32,000 nucleotides of DNA from Candidatus Jordarchaeales archaeon (GTDB lineage Archaea > Asgardarchaeota > Jordiarchaeia > Jordiarchaeales > Freyrarchaeaceae). A program made the position numbers and the translations under genes. The stretch's first letter is position 1; each line of letters begins with the position of its first letter. The stretch covers positions 1-32,000 of the forward strand of contig JAWCFL010000021.1 of NCBI GenBank assembly GCA_038858525.1, in the 5' to 3' direction. The notes under the pieces are model-generated. The model had not been told where the DNA came from. It did not search any database and was given only the letters and a program-made list of their open reading frames with translations. Below are positions 18,095-28,178 of this stretch, one piece after another.

Positions 18095-18742
18095 ATGTTG
18101 GGGCGACTTAAAGAGCTTCTGACAGCCTTCTTTAATCCTGTAGCGTTTTTCTTGATACGGCTGGGAATCACCCCAAACATCGTTACTGTTTTGGGCTTAC
18201 TCCTCTCCGTTTTTTCAGCCCTTTTTATTGTAGGAGGACGCTTAGACCCATTATTCCATGTTGATGAGGCTAACCGCCTAGTTATTGCAAGCATCTTGTT
18301 GCTTTCCTCGGGTTTTTGCGACCTTCTTGACGGACTCGTTGCAAGAATGGGAAGCATGGTTACAGCCTTCGGCGGCTTTTTCGACTCAATCTTGGACAGG
18401 TACTCTGAAGTGGTTTTTCTAGTAACGTTAATCTATATGAACTACTGCTCTGCTTTGTGGGGGCTCCTTGCTCTCTCAGGCTCCCTACTGGTAAGTTATG
18501 CGAGAGCTAGAGGTGAAGTCGCAGGCCTATCGGGAGTCGGGGTCGGCTTAGCTGAACGCCCTGAAAGACTGCTGATACTCAGCGGCGCCGTTCTTCTACA
18601 GGGAATCCTTCTCCACAATTATTTTGCGTCATATCCTATTATAGAGGTTGCAGTAATCGTTGTGGCATTACTGTCACACTTTACTGTTCTGCAACGAGGA
18701 TATTACGCCTGGACACACCTCCAAAAAATTAGGCAAACTTGA
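18095..18742 (+). CDS. CDP-alcohol phosphatidyltransferase (archaetidylinositol-phosphate-synthase-like)
   Basis: ITPNIVT and DLLDGLVAR...FGGFFDSILDR signature, SYARARGE and ERPERL; hydrophobic helices. Confidence 0.9.
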   Translation: MLGRLKELLTAFFNPVAFFLIRLGITPNIVTVLGLLLSVFSALFIVGGRLDPLFHVDEANRLVIASILLLSSGFCDLLDGLVARMGSMVTAFGGFFDSILDRYSEVVFLVTLIYMNYCSALWGLLALSGSLLVSYARARGEVAGLSGVGVGLAERPERLLILSGAVLLQGILLHNYFASYPIIEVAVIVVALLSHFTVLQRGYYAWTHLQKIRQT

Positions 18743-18882
18743 TATCTAATCTGATCCGTCTCTGTCACTTTGCTATTCTCTTTTTCTTGTTGCATCAACA
18801 AAAGTAAATATATCCCCGCTACTGTATATAAGAAATTTGAAGGGGGCGTTTCCGCCGGCTACTTGAAAGGATGTGTTGACGA

Positions 18883-20043
18883 ATGGCTGAGAGGCTGTTT
18901 AAAATTGCCACAGAAATAGCAGAAGAAGCCACTAAAAATGACAGGAAAGGCAATTATAAACAAGCTTGTCAGCAATACTTGCAGGCAGCAGAGATTCTTT
19001 ACAAATGTATACAGCTGACGAGGAACCCCCAGCTTAGGGAGGTCTACTTCGAAAGGGCGCAGAAATATGTTAACCGGTGTAAGCAGATTAAAACCACTCT
19101 TGCAAAGCCGCACCAGCCCTCCTTATCTGTCGAGACTAGAGAAAAAGGAGAAAAGGGAGATGGAGGCGAATTAGCTGAGGCGATCGCTGAAACTATACTT
19201 GTCGAGAAGCCATCTGTTAAGTGGGATGACGTGGCTAATCTCGAAGCGGCTAAGAAGGCTCTCCGTGAAGCGATAATCCTTCCCATGTTAAGGCCAGACT
19301 TCTTCAGGGGCGCTCGAAAACCCTGGAAGGGAATTCTGCTCTTCGGTCCTCCTGGTTGTGGGAAGACTCTTCTAGCAAAGGCTGTGGCATCAGAAGTTAA
19401 TGCTCACTTCTTTAATGTATCTGCCGCAACGCTGGTAAGCAAGTGGCTTGGCGAGTCTGAGAAGCTGGTGAGAGAACTTTTCAGAACGGCAAGGAGTAAG
19501 CAGCCAGCGATAATCTTTATCGACGAAATCGACAGCATAGCTACCACTAGGGACAGAGAAGAGGTAGGTGGGGAAAGGAGGCTTAAAACCCAGTTCATGC
19601 AGGAGATCGACGGCGTTACTTCTTCCGATAAGGATCGAATTGTTGTTTTGGGGGCCACCAATGTGCCTTGGGAGCTTGATCCTGCAGTACGTAGACGCTT
19701 TGAAAAGCGAATATACCTTGGATTACCTGAGTTTGAAGCGCGACGTGAAATATTCAGAATACATACGAAAGGCGTCGACCTGTCTAGCGACGTGAACTTT
19801 GATGAGTTAGCAAAGCTAACAGAAGGTTTCTCTGGAGCAGACATAGCGATCCTCTGCCGGGAAGCCCTAATGGCACCCATAAGAGAGCTGGATGAAGCCG
19901 GGCTCTTAACTAAGAGCGACGTGAAGATCCGTCCAGTAACACGAGACGACTTCCTCGAAGCATTAAGAGTAGTTAAGCCGTCAGTCTCCCCCTCCGAATT
20001 AACGAAGTTCAAGGAGTGGGCTAAAGAGTTCGCCATTGACTAA
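18883..20043 (+). CDS. vps4: Vps4-type AAA ATPase with N-terminal MIT domain
   Basis: Three-helix MIT domain (A...D..GNY..A...Y..A), WKGILLFGPPGCGKT, pore loop SKWLGESEK, RRRFEKRIY and C-terminal helix VS..EL.KF.EW..EF. Confidence 0.9.
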   Translation: MAERLFKIATEIAEEATKNDRKGNYKQACQQYLQAAEILYKCIQLTRNPQLREVYFERAQKYVNRCKQIKTTLAKPHQPSLSVETREKGEKGDGGELAEAIAETILVEKPSVKWDDVANLEAAKKALREAIILPMLRPDFFRGARKPWKGILLFGPPGCGKTLLAKAVASEVNAHFFNVSAATLVSKWLGESEKLVRELFRTARSKQPAIIFIDEIDSIATTRDREEVGGERRLKTQFMQEIDGVTSSDKDRIVVLGATNVPWELDPAVRRRFEKRIYLGLPEFEARREIFRIHTKGVDLSSDVNFDELAKLTEGFSGADIAILCREALMAPIRELDEAGLLTKSDVKIRPVTRDDFLEALRVVKPSVSPSELTKFKEWAKEFAID

Positions 20044-20060
20044 ACCAAGGAGGCGTCTCT

Positions 20061-20744
20061 ATGGAAAAAATGAGAGAGAAAGAAGAAAAGCGTGAAAAGG
20101 AAGTTGAAGAAAAAAGGGAGCACTCTCACTCTATAGAAGACGCCACGAGGAAGCCCTTATTAGTTGACGAACTTGAACATGTCATGCAAAGAATTTCTGA
20201 AGCCGAGGCTTTGCTTTTAGGGGTGCCTGCGAAACCCATAATGGTCCTCCGTCCTCCACCCATTCCGGAGTGGAGTGTTAAAAGTCCTTGGATGTTCACC
20301 AAGCCAAAAGAGGAGCGTTTTCTTAAGTCTTGGCGAGAAGAGTGGGCTAAGTACGTTCTTGAGTGGGCTGAAGCGCTATTAATTCACCTAATAGGAGTAA
20401 ACGAAATGCTCTCAAGAGATCTTTTCAAAAATCTTTCTATTGACGACCTAGTAGATATACTAGACTATATGTGTCTTAAAAACTGGTGTAAATGGTGGGA
20501 TAAGAAAAAAACGCTTATTAGAATTTACTGGAAATCCCTTGAAGAATGGAAAGAAGTAATATGGTCATGGGCTGTTAGCCAAGGACTTGAGTACATAAGT
20601 GTAATGGACCTCGCTAACGTTAAAGAAGCATTCAGCACAATTCCTCGAGAAGAACTTGAATTTCTCCTCAATAACTTGGTTAAGGAGAAACGGGCTGTAT
20701 GGGCTGATAAAAAAACCAAAACAATAAAACTGATTTTTACTTAA
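20061..20744 (+). CDS. vps25: ESCRT-II Vps25-like tandem winged-helix protein with an N-terminal extension
   Basis: SPWMFTKP...W..EW...V resembles eukaryotic PPFFTLQP...W..L; WWDKKKTLIRIYWKSLEEWKEVIWSW resembles EWLDK.K...I.WR.PEEW...IY.W. Directly downstream of vps4. Based on motif recognition only. Confidence 0.75.
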   Translation: MEKMREKEEKREKEVEEKREHSHSIEDATRKPLLVDELEHVMQRISEAEALLLGVPAKPIMVLRPPPIPEWSVKSPWMFTKPKEERFLKSWREEWAKYVLEWAEALLIHLIGVNEMLSRDLFKNLSIDDLVDILDYMCLKNWCKWWDKKKTLIRIYWKSLEEWKEVIWSWAVSQGLEYISVMDLANVKEAFSTIPREELEFLLNNLVKEKRAVWADKKTKTIKLIFT

Positions 20745-20775
20745 TTACTCTGGACGTGTTCTGGGAAGAATTTAC

Positions 20776-21525
20776 TCAATTTAGTTTTAACGTAACCCAT
20801 GGAGGCAGACCAAAATAGACATCAAAAAGGAGCATCGTAATTAATATTAAACTTATTGCTATGCTTACCACATAGTCCTCCTTACTCATTTTAAGTTCCT
20901 TTAAGCTTGTCCTCCTGCTTTTTGCACCGAATCCACGTGCCTCCATACTCTCCGCCATACTCATAGCTTTTCTTGTAGATACGGCAATCAGAGGCATTAA
21001 GAGGTACGCATATCCTTTAAGTTTTTCAATAATTCCTCCTTTCCGAAAATCAACTCCTCTGGATTTCTGCGCGTCAAAGATTAACTCCGCCTCTCTAATC
21101 ATAATTGGAACGTAACGTAATGCTATTGAAAAAGCCATAACGGCCTCCATAGGTAGCCGCAAACACTCCATTATCTGAAGAAGTTCATCCGGAGATGTCG
21201 TCACGAGAAGAAGCAAGAAAGATAAAATTATAGTAACGAACTTTATAATCATGGTTAAAGCAAATCCTAATGAGAAAAGCATAGCATCTAAAAGAAATAT
21301 TAATGTCATGAAGTAAATAAAACCTCTAAGCACCTTTAAAACGTCACTTATAATATGGGCGCGCCAAACGAGGAGCAGAGATAAAACGCAAACCATTAAT
21401 AGTAAAGTTAGATTCTCTATTAATAACGTAATAGTAATGAACGCTCCGGAAAGATAAATTTTCGTTCTCGGGTCGAGGTTATGTATCACGCTAGCCTTCG
21501 GATTATACTCAAGTAATCTTAACAA
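20776..21525 (-). CDS. ecfT: ECF transporter transmembrane T component
   Basis: LDPRTK, ALRYVP, AQKSRG and SMEARGF coupling-helix motifs. Confidence 0.9.
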   Translation of the reverse strand: MLRLLEYNPKASVIHNLDPRTKIYLSGAFITITLLIENLTLLLMVCVLSLLLVWRAHIISDVLKVLRGFIYFMTLIFLLDAMLFSLGFALTMIIKFVTIILSFLLLLVTTSPDELLQIMECLRLPMEAVMAFSIALRYVPIMIREAELIFDAQKSRGVDFRKGGIIEKLKGYAYLLMPLIAVSTRKAMSMAESMEARGFGAKSRRTSLKELKMSKEDYVVSIAISLILITMLLFDVYFGLPPWVTLKLN

Positions 21526-22343
21526 GCTTTACACCTTTTTTCAAGAATTAACGATACTGCATCATTAACCTTAACTGGTATGTTTCCCATTCCCCCCTCG
21601 GGAATAAGTCTGCTTATTAGTTCTGCCACCACTGGAGGCCTTAAGCCTGTTTTTTCCAGTAATTCAAAATTACTTAACACCTTCTCAGCTTCTCCATCAG
21701 TAATTATTTCGCCATCATGTAAGATAATTACTCGGGCGTCAAGTTCTGCACAGAACTCCACGTCATGAGTTACTATTATTACGCTTCTTCCCCCAGAAAC
21801 TGCTTCCCTTACAACCTCATCTATAATCTTTTTATTTAACCAATCTTGACCTGCCGTTGGTTCATCCATTATAATTATCTCGGGATCTATAGCTATTATA
21901 GCCGCTAAATTGACAAGCTTTTTCTCTCCCCCACTTAGCATTAGAGGATTCCTTCCCCTAAGACCCTCTATGCCAAGTCTCCGTAATGCCTCTACCATCC
22001 GCCTCCTAGCGTCTCCCTCTTTAATCCCTACTGCTTTAAGGGAGAAAAGTATCTCCTTCTCCACAGTCTCAGAAAACATCTGGTGATCTGGATTCTGGAA
22101 AACCACTCCGATCTTCAGTTTTCCCGCTTCCTTAGTATCTTGATTCACATCAACATTATTTATGAATACTCTTCCTCTTGTCGGTTTCAACAATCCGCTT
22201 ATTATTCTAACGAGAGTCGTCTTACCTGACCCATTAGGTCCCATTATACATACTAGCTCCCCTGCTCTCACTTCTAAACTAACTCCTTTCAAAACATAGG
22301 TTGTTCCGTCGTAGCTGTGCCACACGTTTTCCACTCTAATCAT
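21519..22343 (-). CDS. ecfA: ECF transporter ATPase subunit
   Basis: GPNGSGKT, FQNPDHQ, LSGGEKK, DEPT and THD motifs. Confidence 0.9.
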   Translation of the reverse strand: MIRVENVWHSYDGTTYVLKGVSLEVRAGELVCIMGPNGSGKTTLVRIISGLLKPTRGRVFINNVDVNQDTKEAGKLKIGVVFQNPDHQMFSETVEKEILFSLKAVGIKEGDARRRMVEALRRLGIEGLRGRNPLMLSGGEKKLVNLAAIIAIDPEIIIMDEPTAGQDWLNKKIIDEVVREAVSGGRSVIIVTHDVEFCAELDARVIILHDGEIITDGEAEKVLSNFELLEKTGLRPPVVAELISRLIPEGGMGNIPVKVNDAVSLILEKRCKAC

Positions 22344-23170
22344 TTGAGTGCTTCCTCCAATAGTTTGTACGCTTCATCTACTGAGAGAGGGGGATACGGC
22401 AACTCTAACCCTGCCTCCCTAAGTTTCCTATAAAGTTCAATAAGCTTAACACTTACCCCGATTCTTCTTGCTTCCTCTGATGATAAAACATCCCGAGGCT
22501 TTCCATCAATCAATATGTGCCCCTTTTCCATCAAAATGGCTCTAGTAGCATGCCGGGCAAACAGGTCCACCCTATGCTCCGTCACTATGACCGTTATCCC
22601 CTCATTATTAAGCTTCTTAACAACCTTAACTAGCTTCTCAGCACTATAAGCGTCTAAATTCGCCGTTGGTTCATCTAGAACTATAATGCTCGGATCCAAG
22701 GCTAAAATAGACCCTATAGCCACCTTCTGCTGCTCTCCTCCTGAAAGAGAAAAGGTTCTTCTGCTCATCAAGTGCTTTATGTCTAAAACACCGCTAACCT
22801 CCTCTATTCTTCTTATTATTTCACGTCTATCCATTGCTAAGTTTTCTGGTCCAAAAGCTAGCTCCTTTTCAACAGTTAATGTTACTAGCTGCTCTTCAGG
22901 ATTTTGAAAGACTAGTCCAACGTTTAACGCTAATTTGTAAACCGGGTGAAAGCGTGTATCAAGCCCGTTAACTTTAACATATCCCTCTAGCTTTCCTTTG
23001 TGAAAGTGCGGTATAAGCCCGTTAAAACATCTGCAAAGCGTCGTTTTGCCGCATCCAGTAGCCCCCAAACATAGAACAAACTCCCCGTCTTCTATCTCAA
23101 GGTTGATGTCTCTTATAGCTGGTTGACTTGCATAATTATACGTGAAAGTTAGTCCCTTAGCGTTGATCAT
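22340..23170 (-). CDS. ecfA: ECF transporter ATPase subunit
   Basis: GATGCGKT, FQNPEEQ, LSGGEQQK, LDEPT and TEH motifs. Confidence 0.9.
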   Translation of the reverse strand: MINAKGLTFTYNYASQPAIRDINLEIEDGEFVLCLGATGCGKTTLCRCFNGLIPHFHKGKLEGYVKVNGLDTRFHPVYKLALNVGLVFQNPEEQLVTLTVEKELAFGPENLAMDRREIIRRIEEVSGVLDIKHLMSRRTFSLSGGEQQKVAIGSILALDPSIIVLDEPTANLDAYSAEKLVKVVKKLNNEGITVIVTEHRVDLFARHATRAILMEKGHILIDGKPRDVLSSEEARRIGVSVKLIELYRKLREAGLELPYPPLSVDEAYKLLEEALK

Positions 23171-24161
23171 TTAACCCCTCTACGTTGCTTTCCTTTATCT
23201 TCTTTTTTAGTATCTCCTGAATCTCTTTGAAAACAACATTGAGTGGGCTCTCTCCATTAAATCCTGCTGCCAGTGAGTGTCCGCCTCCACTTCCTTTAAC
23301 TTTGCCTTCCACTTCCTTCATTACTTCTCCAAGATGGATGCCTGTTTTTTCGTAAAACCTCTTCGTCGCCCTTCCACTTACTCTTGTCTCATCTTTTCTT
23401 TCTGAACCAACTATCGCCACATCAGCGCCAAGCTCTATTAGACCTCTGCCTGCACTTGCCTCATAAGAGCCAACTTGTGTGAAAACAATAATCCACCCGT
23501 TAATATCAATAAGCTCTGCTCTTTTAGCTGCCTTTAATCGTGCCACTCGCTCCGCCCTGTCCATAGTACCCTTCAAGGCTTCTTGCGCAGCCGTATAGTC
23601 AGCTCCATTCTCAATTAAGAAAGCAGCAGCTCTCAGCGTCTTCGGCGTCGCTATGTAAAAGTTTCTACTGTCGTAAAGTATCCCTATAAGTAACGCCGTA
23701 GACGCTTTTTCAGAAGGACGAATTCTCGCTACTTCAAATAGTTTAGTGATTATTTCAGCAGTAGCGGTAGCATTATGGTCCACTATAAATGAGCTGAAAA
23801 TGTCCTTATGATTCAGCACGTGATGGTCTATCACCATAGTTGGTCTCATAAAAGGTGCATCATGAAACTTCCCTAGTTGCTCAGGAGTCCCAGCATCTAC
23901 CACGATGAACTTATCGAATGACTCCAGATCGTTGCTCGTTGAGTAGTCTATCTTTAATTCTTCCGCAATGTTGGCAGTTATACTACTAACTTCGTCGCTC
24001 AGCGTTGAGAACTCCGCCCTACATCCCATTGCCCACGCTAGGCACTCTAACGCATATGCACTACATAAAGCATCAGGGTCAGCGTTCTGATGACAAATTA
24101 CTGCTACCTTTATGCTCTTTCTCCCGAGGAACCTCCGCAGAGTTTTCAGCTCTCTTCGCAA
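23157..24161 (-). CDS. DHH/DHHA1-family phosphoesterase (NrnA-like)
   Basis: CHQNADPDA, IVVDA, IDHH, GILYDS and GGGHSLAAG motifs. Confidence 0.9.
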   Translation of the reverse strand: MRRELKTLRRFLGRKSIKVAVICHQNADPDALCSAYALECLAWAMGCRAEFSTLSDEVSSITANIAEELKIDYSTSNDLESFDKFIVVDAGTPEQLGKFHDAPFMRPTMVIDHHVLNHKDIFSSFIVDHNATATAEIITKLFEVARIRPSEKASTALLIGILYDSRNFYIATPKTLRAAAFLIENGADYTAAQEALKGTMDRAERVARLKAAKRAELIDINGWIIVFTQVGSYEASAGRGLIELGADVAIVGSERKDETRVSGRATKRFYEKTGIHLGEVMKEVEGKVKGSGGGHSLAAGFNGESPLNVVFKEIQEILKKKIKESNVEGLNDQR

Positions 24162-24423
24162 CTTCTCTCAGCCTTTCATCTATTTTCTCCATAGCTACGT
24201 CTATTGCCTTTTCAACCAGCTCGTTGACATCTACCCTAGCTAGACTAGATACTTCTAAGTCAACTTCCACGTTAAAAATTATTTCTTCTTCCACACTCGA
24301 AGAAACTACCACGTTTAGCCTTTGTACGTCCTTTTTTCTGCAGCGAGAAAAAATATATTTTCGTGCTGCCTGCTCCGCTAAGGCGCACGTTTCTTCTAAG
24401 TCTTCTTCCCTCAAAAATGCCAT
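24079..24423 (-). CDS. DUF3194-family protein
   Basis: AEQAARKYIFSR...VEVDLE...AIDVA pattern; conserved position after pfdB. Confidence 0.7.
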   Translation of the reverse strand: MAFLREEDLEETCALAEQAARKYIFSRCRKKDVQRLNVVVSSSVEEEIIFNVEVDLEVSSLARVDVNELVEKAIDVAMEKIDERLREVAKRAENSAEVPREKEHKGSSNLSSER

Positions 24424-24436
24424 TACTCTTTCTTCT

Positions 24437-24829
24437 TTATCCAGCTGGGGAAACCCCCCCTTGAAGAGCTGCTTGAATCTTCTCTCGCATCTCCTCCAGT
24501 TGTTGCCTTGAGCGCTCCTCCTGCCTTTTAAGGGTCTTTATCCTAGTATCAATGCTCACCTTTAAATCTTCTAGCTCCCCTTTAACCTTACTAGGGTCCG
24601 CTTTAACCAAGAGAGGTCCAACTATCTTGTAAACTGCATCCTCTGGTTTCACGCCTTCCAATTCTTTAAGCGCCATCTCTGTCTCCCTTAGTTGAATTTC
24701 AAGTTGAGTGCGTTGGGATATCAGCAACTCCAAGCTCTGTTGGAGCTGTTGCATCCTAATTATCTGTTGTTGAATTTGAGGGGGAATCTCGCTTGACGTT
24801 ATTTTAAGTCCCTCCTTTAACAATCTCAC
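24437..24829 (-). CDS. pfdB: Prefoldin beta subunit (start uncertain)
   Basis: EIPPQIQ, coiled coils flanking the VYKIVGPLLVK beta hairpin; superoperon position. Confidence 0.92.
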   Translation of the reverse strand: MRLLKEGLKITSSEIPPQIQQQIIRMQQLQQSLELLISQRTQLEIQLRETEMALKELEGVKPEDAVYKIVGPLLVKADPSKVKGELEDLKVSIDTRIKTLKRQEERSRQQLEEMREKIQAALQGGVSPAG

Positions 24830-25058
24830 ATATATCGCATATCGTCTTTACCCACCTTAAATAGGCGTTAAGCGCCGCTCTAAAAGCAACAGTATCGCTC
24901 GCCTCAAACTCGAATGTTAATTTACCGTCCTCCTTTTTTAATTTTCCTATGTACCTCTCACTTATTCTTTCTCTTGTCTCTGGAAGAATAGCCCTAAAGA
25001 TCGTTTCCGAATACTCAGTTTCCAACTCTACTACTGCCCTAATTTTTTTAACATTCAA
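24804..25058 (-). CDS. pcc1: KEOPS complex subunit Pcc1
   Basis: AILPE and FEASDTVAFRAALNAYLRW motifs; superoperon position. Confidence 0.88.
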   Translation of the reverse strand: MNVKKIRAVVELETEYSETIFRAILPETRERISERYIGKLKKEDGKLTFEFEASDTVAFRAALNAYLRWVKTICDICEIVKGGT

Positions 25059-25573
25059 AGTGAACCCAACCTAAGTACTTTAAACTTTATCCGTGGCCCT
25101 ACTTCCTCTCCTCCTATTTTAAAGTCCATTATGAATTCTTCTCCACTCGAACTTATCGTGATCGACACCACTTTATTTTCCTCATCATCTCTGCTTACTT
25201 CAAAAATTTTAGATAAAAACTTTGTCAGTTCCGTTTGCTCCTTGCTCTCTATTACTACTCTCTCAACTTTCCCTATTTTTCCATCTTTTCTGATCTCTCT
25301 TTGAAGTTTTACTCCCTTTACTCTAAATATTGCTAATGGTTTTTTTACGTCTGTCGCGCTCGCACGGTAAAAAAGCATGCTTCCGGGGTTTCCTTTCCAT
25401 GTCTCAACTATGAGCACATAGGGAAGCCCTCTCTGGGCTGCTTCAGCTAACACTTCGTATACGCTCTTTTTTCCTCTATTTATTTTAACAGCTCCGGGAA
25501 TAACCTGCGCAAGATCCTTACAGAAACTTCTAACCCGTCTCGTCGGCCGCCTAGATGTGGTTATCAGGATCAT
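25055..25573 (-). CDS. Brix/Imp4-domain ribosome biogenesis protein
   Basis: MILITTSRRPTRRVRSF, INRGK, KGNPG and GPRI motifs. Confidence 0.88.
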   Translation of the reverse strand: MILITTSRRPTRRVRSFCKDLAQVIPGAVKINRGKKSVYEVLAEAAQRGLPYVLIVETWKGNPGSMLFYRASATDVKKPLAIFRVKGVKLQREIRKDGKIGKVERVVIESKEQTELTKFLSKIFEVSRDDEENKVVSITISSSGEEFIMDFKIGGEEVGPRIKFKVLRLGSL

Positions 25574-25574
25574 C

Positions 25575-25838
25575 CTATTCTTTCAGTCCCTCTATCGCTC
25601 TTCCTTTCTCCTTTCCTGCTCCAGTAATGGGGACATATGCTCCACCAGCAAAAGTATACCCGCATTTTTTACAGGACCATATTCCTATAGAAACACGCTT
25701 AACTGCTTTCGTATTGCAGCTGGGACACTTATGTTTTTGCTTCATCTGAACTTCTATTTTTCTTAACCTATCCCTTATACGTAACCCGTATCTAGCTCCA
25801 AATCTTCCCGCTGGTCCTACTTTCTTAGTTCTACCCAT
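25575..25838 (-). CDS. rpl37ae: 50S ribosomal protein L37Ae (eL43)
   Basis: [21 protein letters not shown]...WSCKKC zinc ribbon and FAGGAY motifs. Confidence 0.96.
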   Translation of the reverse strand: MGRTKKVGPAGRFGARYGLRIRDRLRKIEVQMKQKHKCPSCNTKAVKRVSIGIWSCKKCGYTFAGGAYVPITGAGKEKGRAIEGLKE

Positions 25839-25844
25839 CGACAA

Positions 25845-26666
25845 TCAGCTCCCTCTATTTTTTAGTAATGGCATGAAATACTTTTCACGTATTTCTTTTC
25901 CTTTTTCGATCGCTATTTCTAATGCTTCATTAATATCTTTCTCACTTAAGACCCCATCCTCGCTTTTCTGAACAGCAACCACCCTGCCTTCTTTATCTGT
26001 TACTATAGTGAGCCGGCATTCCATTGCTCTTTCTTCATCTAACATTGGATCGAGGAGGATGTGTTCTCCAATCTTGCTGAACGTAAGTGAGACCGGCAAA
26101 TCTCTTATTGGTAAGAGTTCCTTATCGTCTAAGCGCTTTACTTCGCCGTTTTTCACTTCCACTTTAGGTATTCTTGTTGAGAGGAGAGCTGCAACTGCCG
26201 CATACGATGCGGCGTCAAAAAGATTTCCGTTATCGTCAAGAATGTAAAGGTCTATAAAGAGAATCCAAACTTTTTCTCCCGGGATTATGCAAAGTTTTTC
26301 CATATCTACCATTTCAGTTTCTCTTATACCTCTATCAACTACCCGGGCTAGCTCTATAGCATCTTCTTGTGGAGGGCCTGCTTCAAATAATGGAGACGCC
26401 AAAGGAATAAGCTCTGCGTTACAAGTGATAACACCTTTATTCGGCTCATCCGGAAACGGAGCACCTATCTCTGCTTTGACTCCCGCAATGACCTTTGTTT
26501 CGCCTAAGGATACTTTAGCGGACCCCTCCGCTTTCTTAATGAGCTCCGTCTCTATAGTTATAGGCCTCATTTCTCTCAGTGTTCTTCCATCTGCTCTTCG
26601 TCCCTTGTTTGCCAAGGAAATAATGAATCTTCTCTCAATTTCCGAAAGGACGTCATGCATTCTCAT
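25845..26666 (-). CDS. rrp42: Exosome complex component Rrp42
   Basis: [26 protein letters not shown] and DDNGNLFDA motifs. Confidence 0.95.
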   Translation of the reverse strand: MRMHDVLSEIERRFIISLANKGRRADGRTLREMRPITIETELIKKAEGSAKVSLGETKVIAGVKAEIGAPFPDEPNKGVITCNAELIPLASPLFEAGPPQEDAIELARVVDRGIRETEMVDMEKLCIIPGEKVWILFIDLYILDDNGNLFDAASYAAVAALLSTRIPKVEVKNGEVKRLDDKELLPIRDLPVSLTFSKIGEHILLDPMLDEERAMECRLTIVTDKEGRVVAVQKSEDGVLSEKDINEALEIAIEKGKEIREKYFMPLLKNRGS

Positions 26667-27429
26667 CTCCTCCTTCTTCCTCTTCTTCTTCAGACTCTTT
26701 TCTTACTGCCATGTATCTTTCTATCAGTGCTTGCCTTTGAAGTTTATATATCTCCATGCATCCGTCTATTGCCATTTTGTACGCCTCAATAAATTCTTCT
26801 TTAGTCATACGCCCATCCATCTGTAGAAGTGTAATAAACCGTTTTCTAGGCATAACTGCTACCGGCATATCCGCTTCTCCCAGTTTGTCTTCAACGTCGT
26901 TAGGATCTAAAACTAGTTGTCCATTGACTTTACCTACGGCGCAGGCAGTAACAAGGTCCCGCATAGGTACACCTGCATCTGCAAGCGCTAGGGACGCCGC
27001 TGTTATGCTTGCGCACCTTGTACCTCCATCAGCCTGAAGTACTTGAATATAAACATCTATAGTTGACCTTGGAAAGTTCTTGAGGAATATTGCAGGCGCT
27101 AGAGCACCTTTGATCACTTTTGATAACTCCAGTTCTCTTCTTGAAGGCGCTGGGTTTTTTCTTTCCTCCACCGAAAAAGTAGCCATCCTGTAAACGCATT
27201 GCAGAATTGCTGTATCTGGTCTAGCTAAGTGTTTTGGATGCAACTCCCTTGGCCCGTAAACGGCCACAAGAATTTTGTTGTTTCCCTGCTCTATATACGC
27301 TGATCCATCAGCTCTCGAAAGTACGCCTACCTCAAGTTTTATCGGTCTAAGCTCACGAGCGCCTCTACCATCCACTCTAATGCCGTTTTTTAAAAGTTCT
27401 TCTCGAGAATATTTACTACCTGAATTCAT
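26653..27429 (-). CDS. rrp41: Exosome complex exonuclease Rrp41
   Basis: [36 protein letters not shown] and LLQMDG motifs. Confidence 0.96.
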   Translation of the reverse strand: MNSGSKYSREELLKNGIRVDGRGARELRPIKLEVGVLSRADGSAYIEQGNNKILVAVYGPRELHPKHLARPDTAILQCVYRMATFSVEERKNPAPSRRELELSKVIKGALAPAIFLKNFPRSTIDVYIQVLQADGGTRCASITAASLALADAGVPMRDLVTACAVGKVNGQLVLDPNDVEDKLGEADMPVAVMPRKRFITLLQMDGRMTKEEFIEAYKMAIDGCMEIYKLQRQALIERYMAVRKESEEEEEEGGDENA

Positions 27430-27448
27430 TGGTTTTCCTCCATTCGCC

Positions 27449-28135
27449 TCAAGTTTTTTGGGAAATTAATTCTCGTATTCTATCAGTAAGTCCCGTCGTG
27501 TGCGCTTCTTTTTCAATCTGCCTTATTGCTTTAACAACCAGCTCCTCACTTTCTGGGCTACTACCAGACACCCAAATTAACCCATTCTGCCCTATTACGA
27601 TTTGGCATTCTGTCTTCTTCTTGATCATATTTATCATTGACCCTCTCCGTCCGATAAGCCTCGGTATCTTCGTAGGTGCCATTCTCACTAGTCTTCCCCC
27701 CTCAAGCTTTCTAAGATTTTTTTCTTTCATAGTAAGTACTGGAGGTTGTGTTCTATCAAATGCCAAAATCTTTGCAACTATTAAGTCTCCAATATCATAT
27801 ATTCGTCGCAAATCCGTTTTAACGGGGTCAACTGGTTTTCCTGAGACATTCATAGGGCTAAGGGTAGCTAGATAGGGAGCAAGTATGTCAACATCCCAAG
27901 AAGTTAACTTGACATTAACTATTTTACCTATAACAGTATCGCCCGGTTTGGGCATGTAAACGCCTTCGAGAGGGACGACAACCACACTGTCCTCTCTAAT
28001 TTCTGCCAGTCCAATTACTGTTGCCAGAATTTTGTCTCCTTCTCTAAATGTTCCTTCACCGGACTTGAACTTATTTCCTTCAGCCAATATTTCGCCCGGA
28101 AGCACAATCTGTCTTTTTTTAACGTGAACAACCAA
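27449..28135 (-). CDS. rrp4: Exosome RNA-binding cap protein Rrp4
   Basis: IVLPGE, S1 domain, [13 protein letters not shown] domain and GQNGLIWV. Start set at TTG 28135 after an AGGAGG SD. Confidence 0.94.
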   Translation of the reverse strand: MVVHVKKRQIVLPGEILAEGNKFKSGEGTFREGDKILATVIGLAEIREDSVVVVPLEGVYMPKPGDTVIGKIVNVKLTSWDVDILAPYLATLSPMNVSGKPVDPVKTDLRRIYDIGDLIVAKILAFDRTQPPVLTMKEKNLRKLEGGRLVRMAPTKIPRLIGRRGSMINMIKKKTECQIVIGQNGLIWVSGSSPESEELVVKAIRQIEKEAHTTGLTDRIRELISQKT

Positions 28136-28178
28136 CGTCGTTTCCTCCTTTTTCCTAAAAAATATTTTCAATAGGTTG

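Noticed and set aside
18229-18290. In-frame intron in the GGRLDPLFHVDEANR loop of the CDP-alcohol phosphatidyltransferase
   Set aside because: TAGG/CCTA can pair, but no bulge plus inner helix forms. More likely an ordinary loop.
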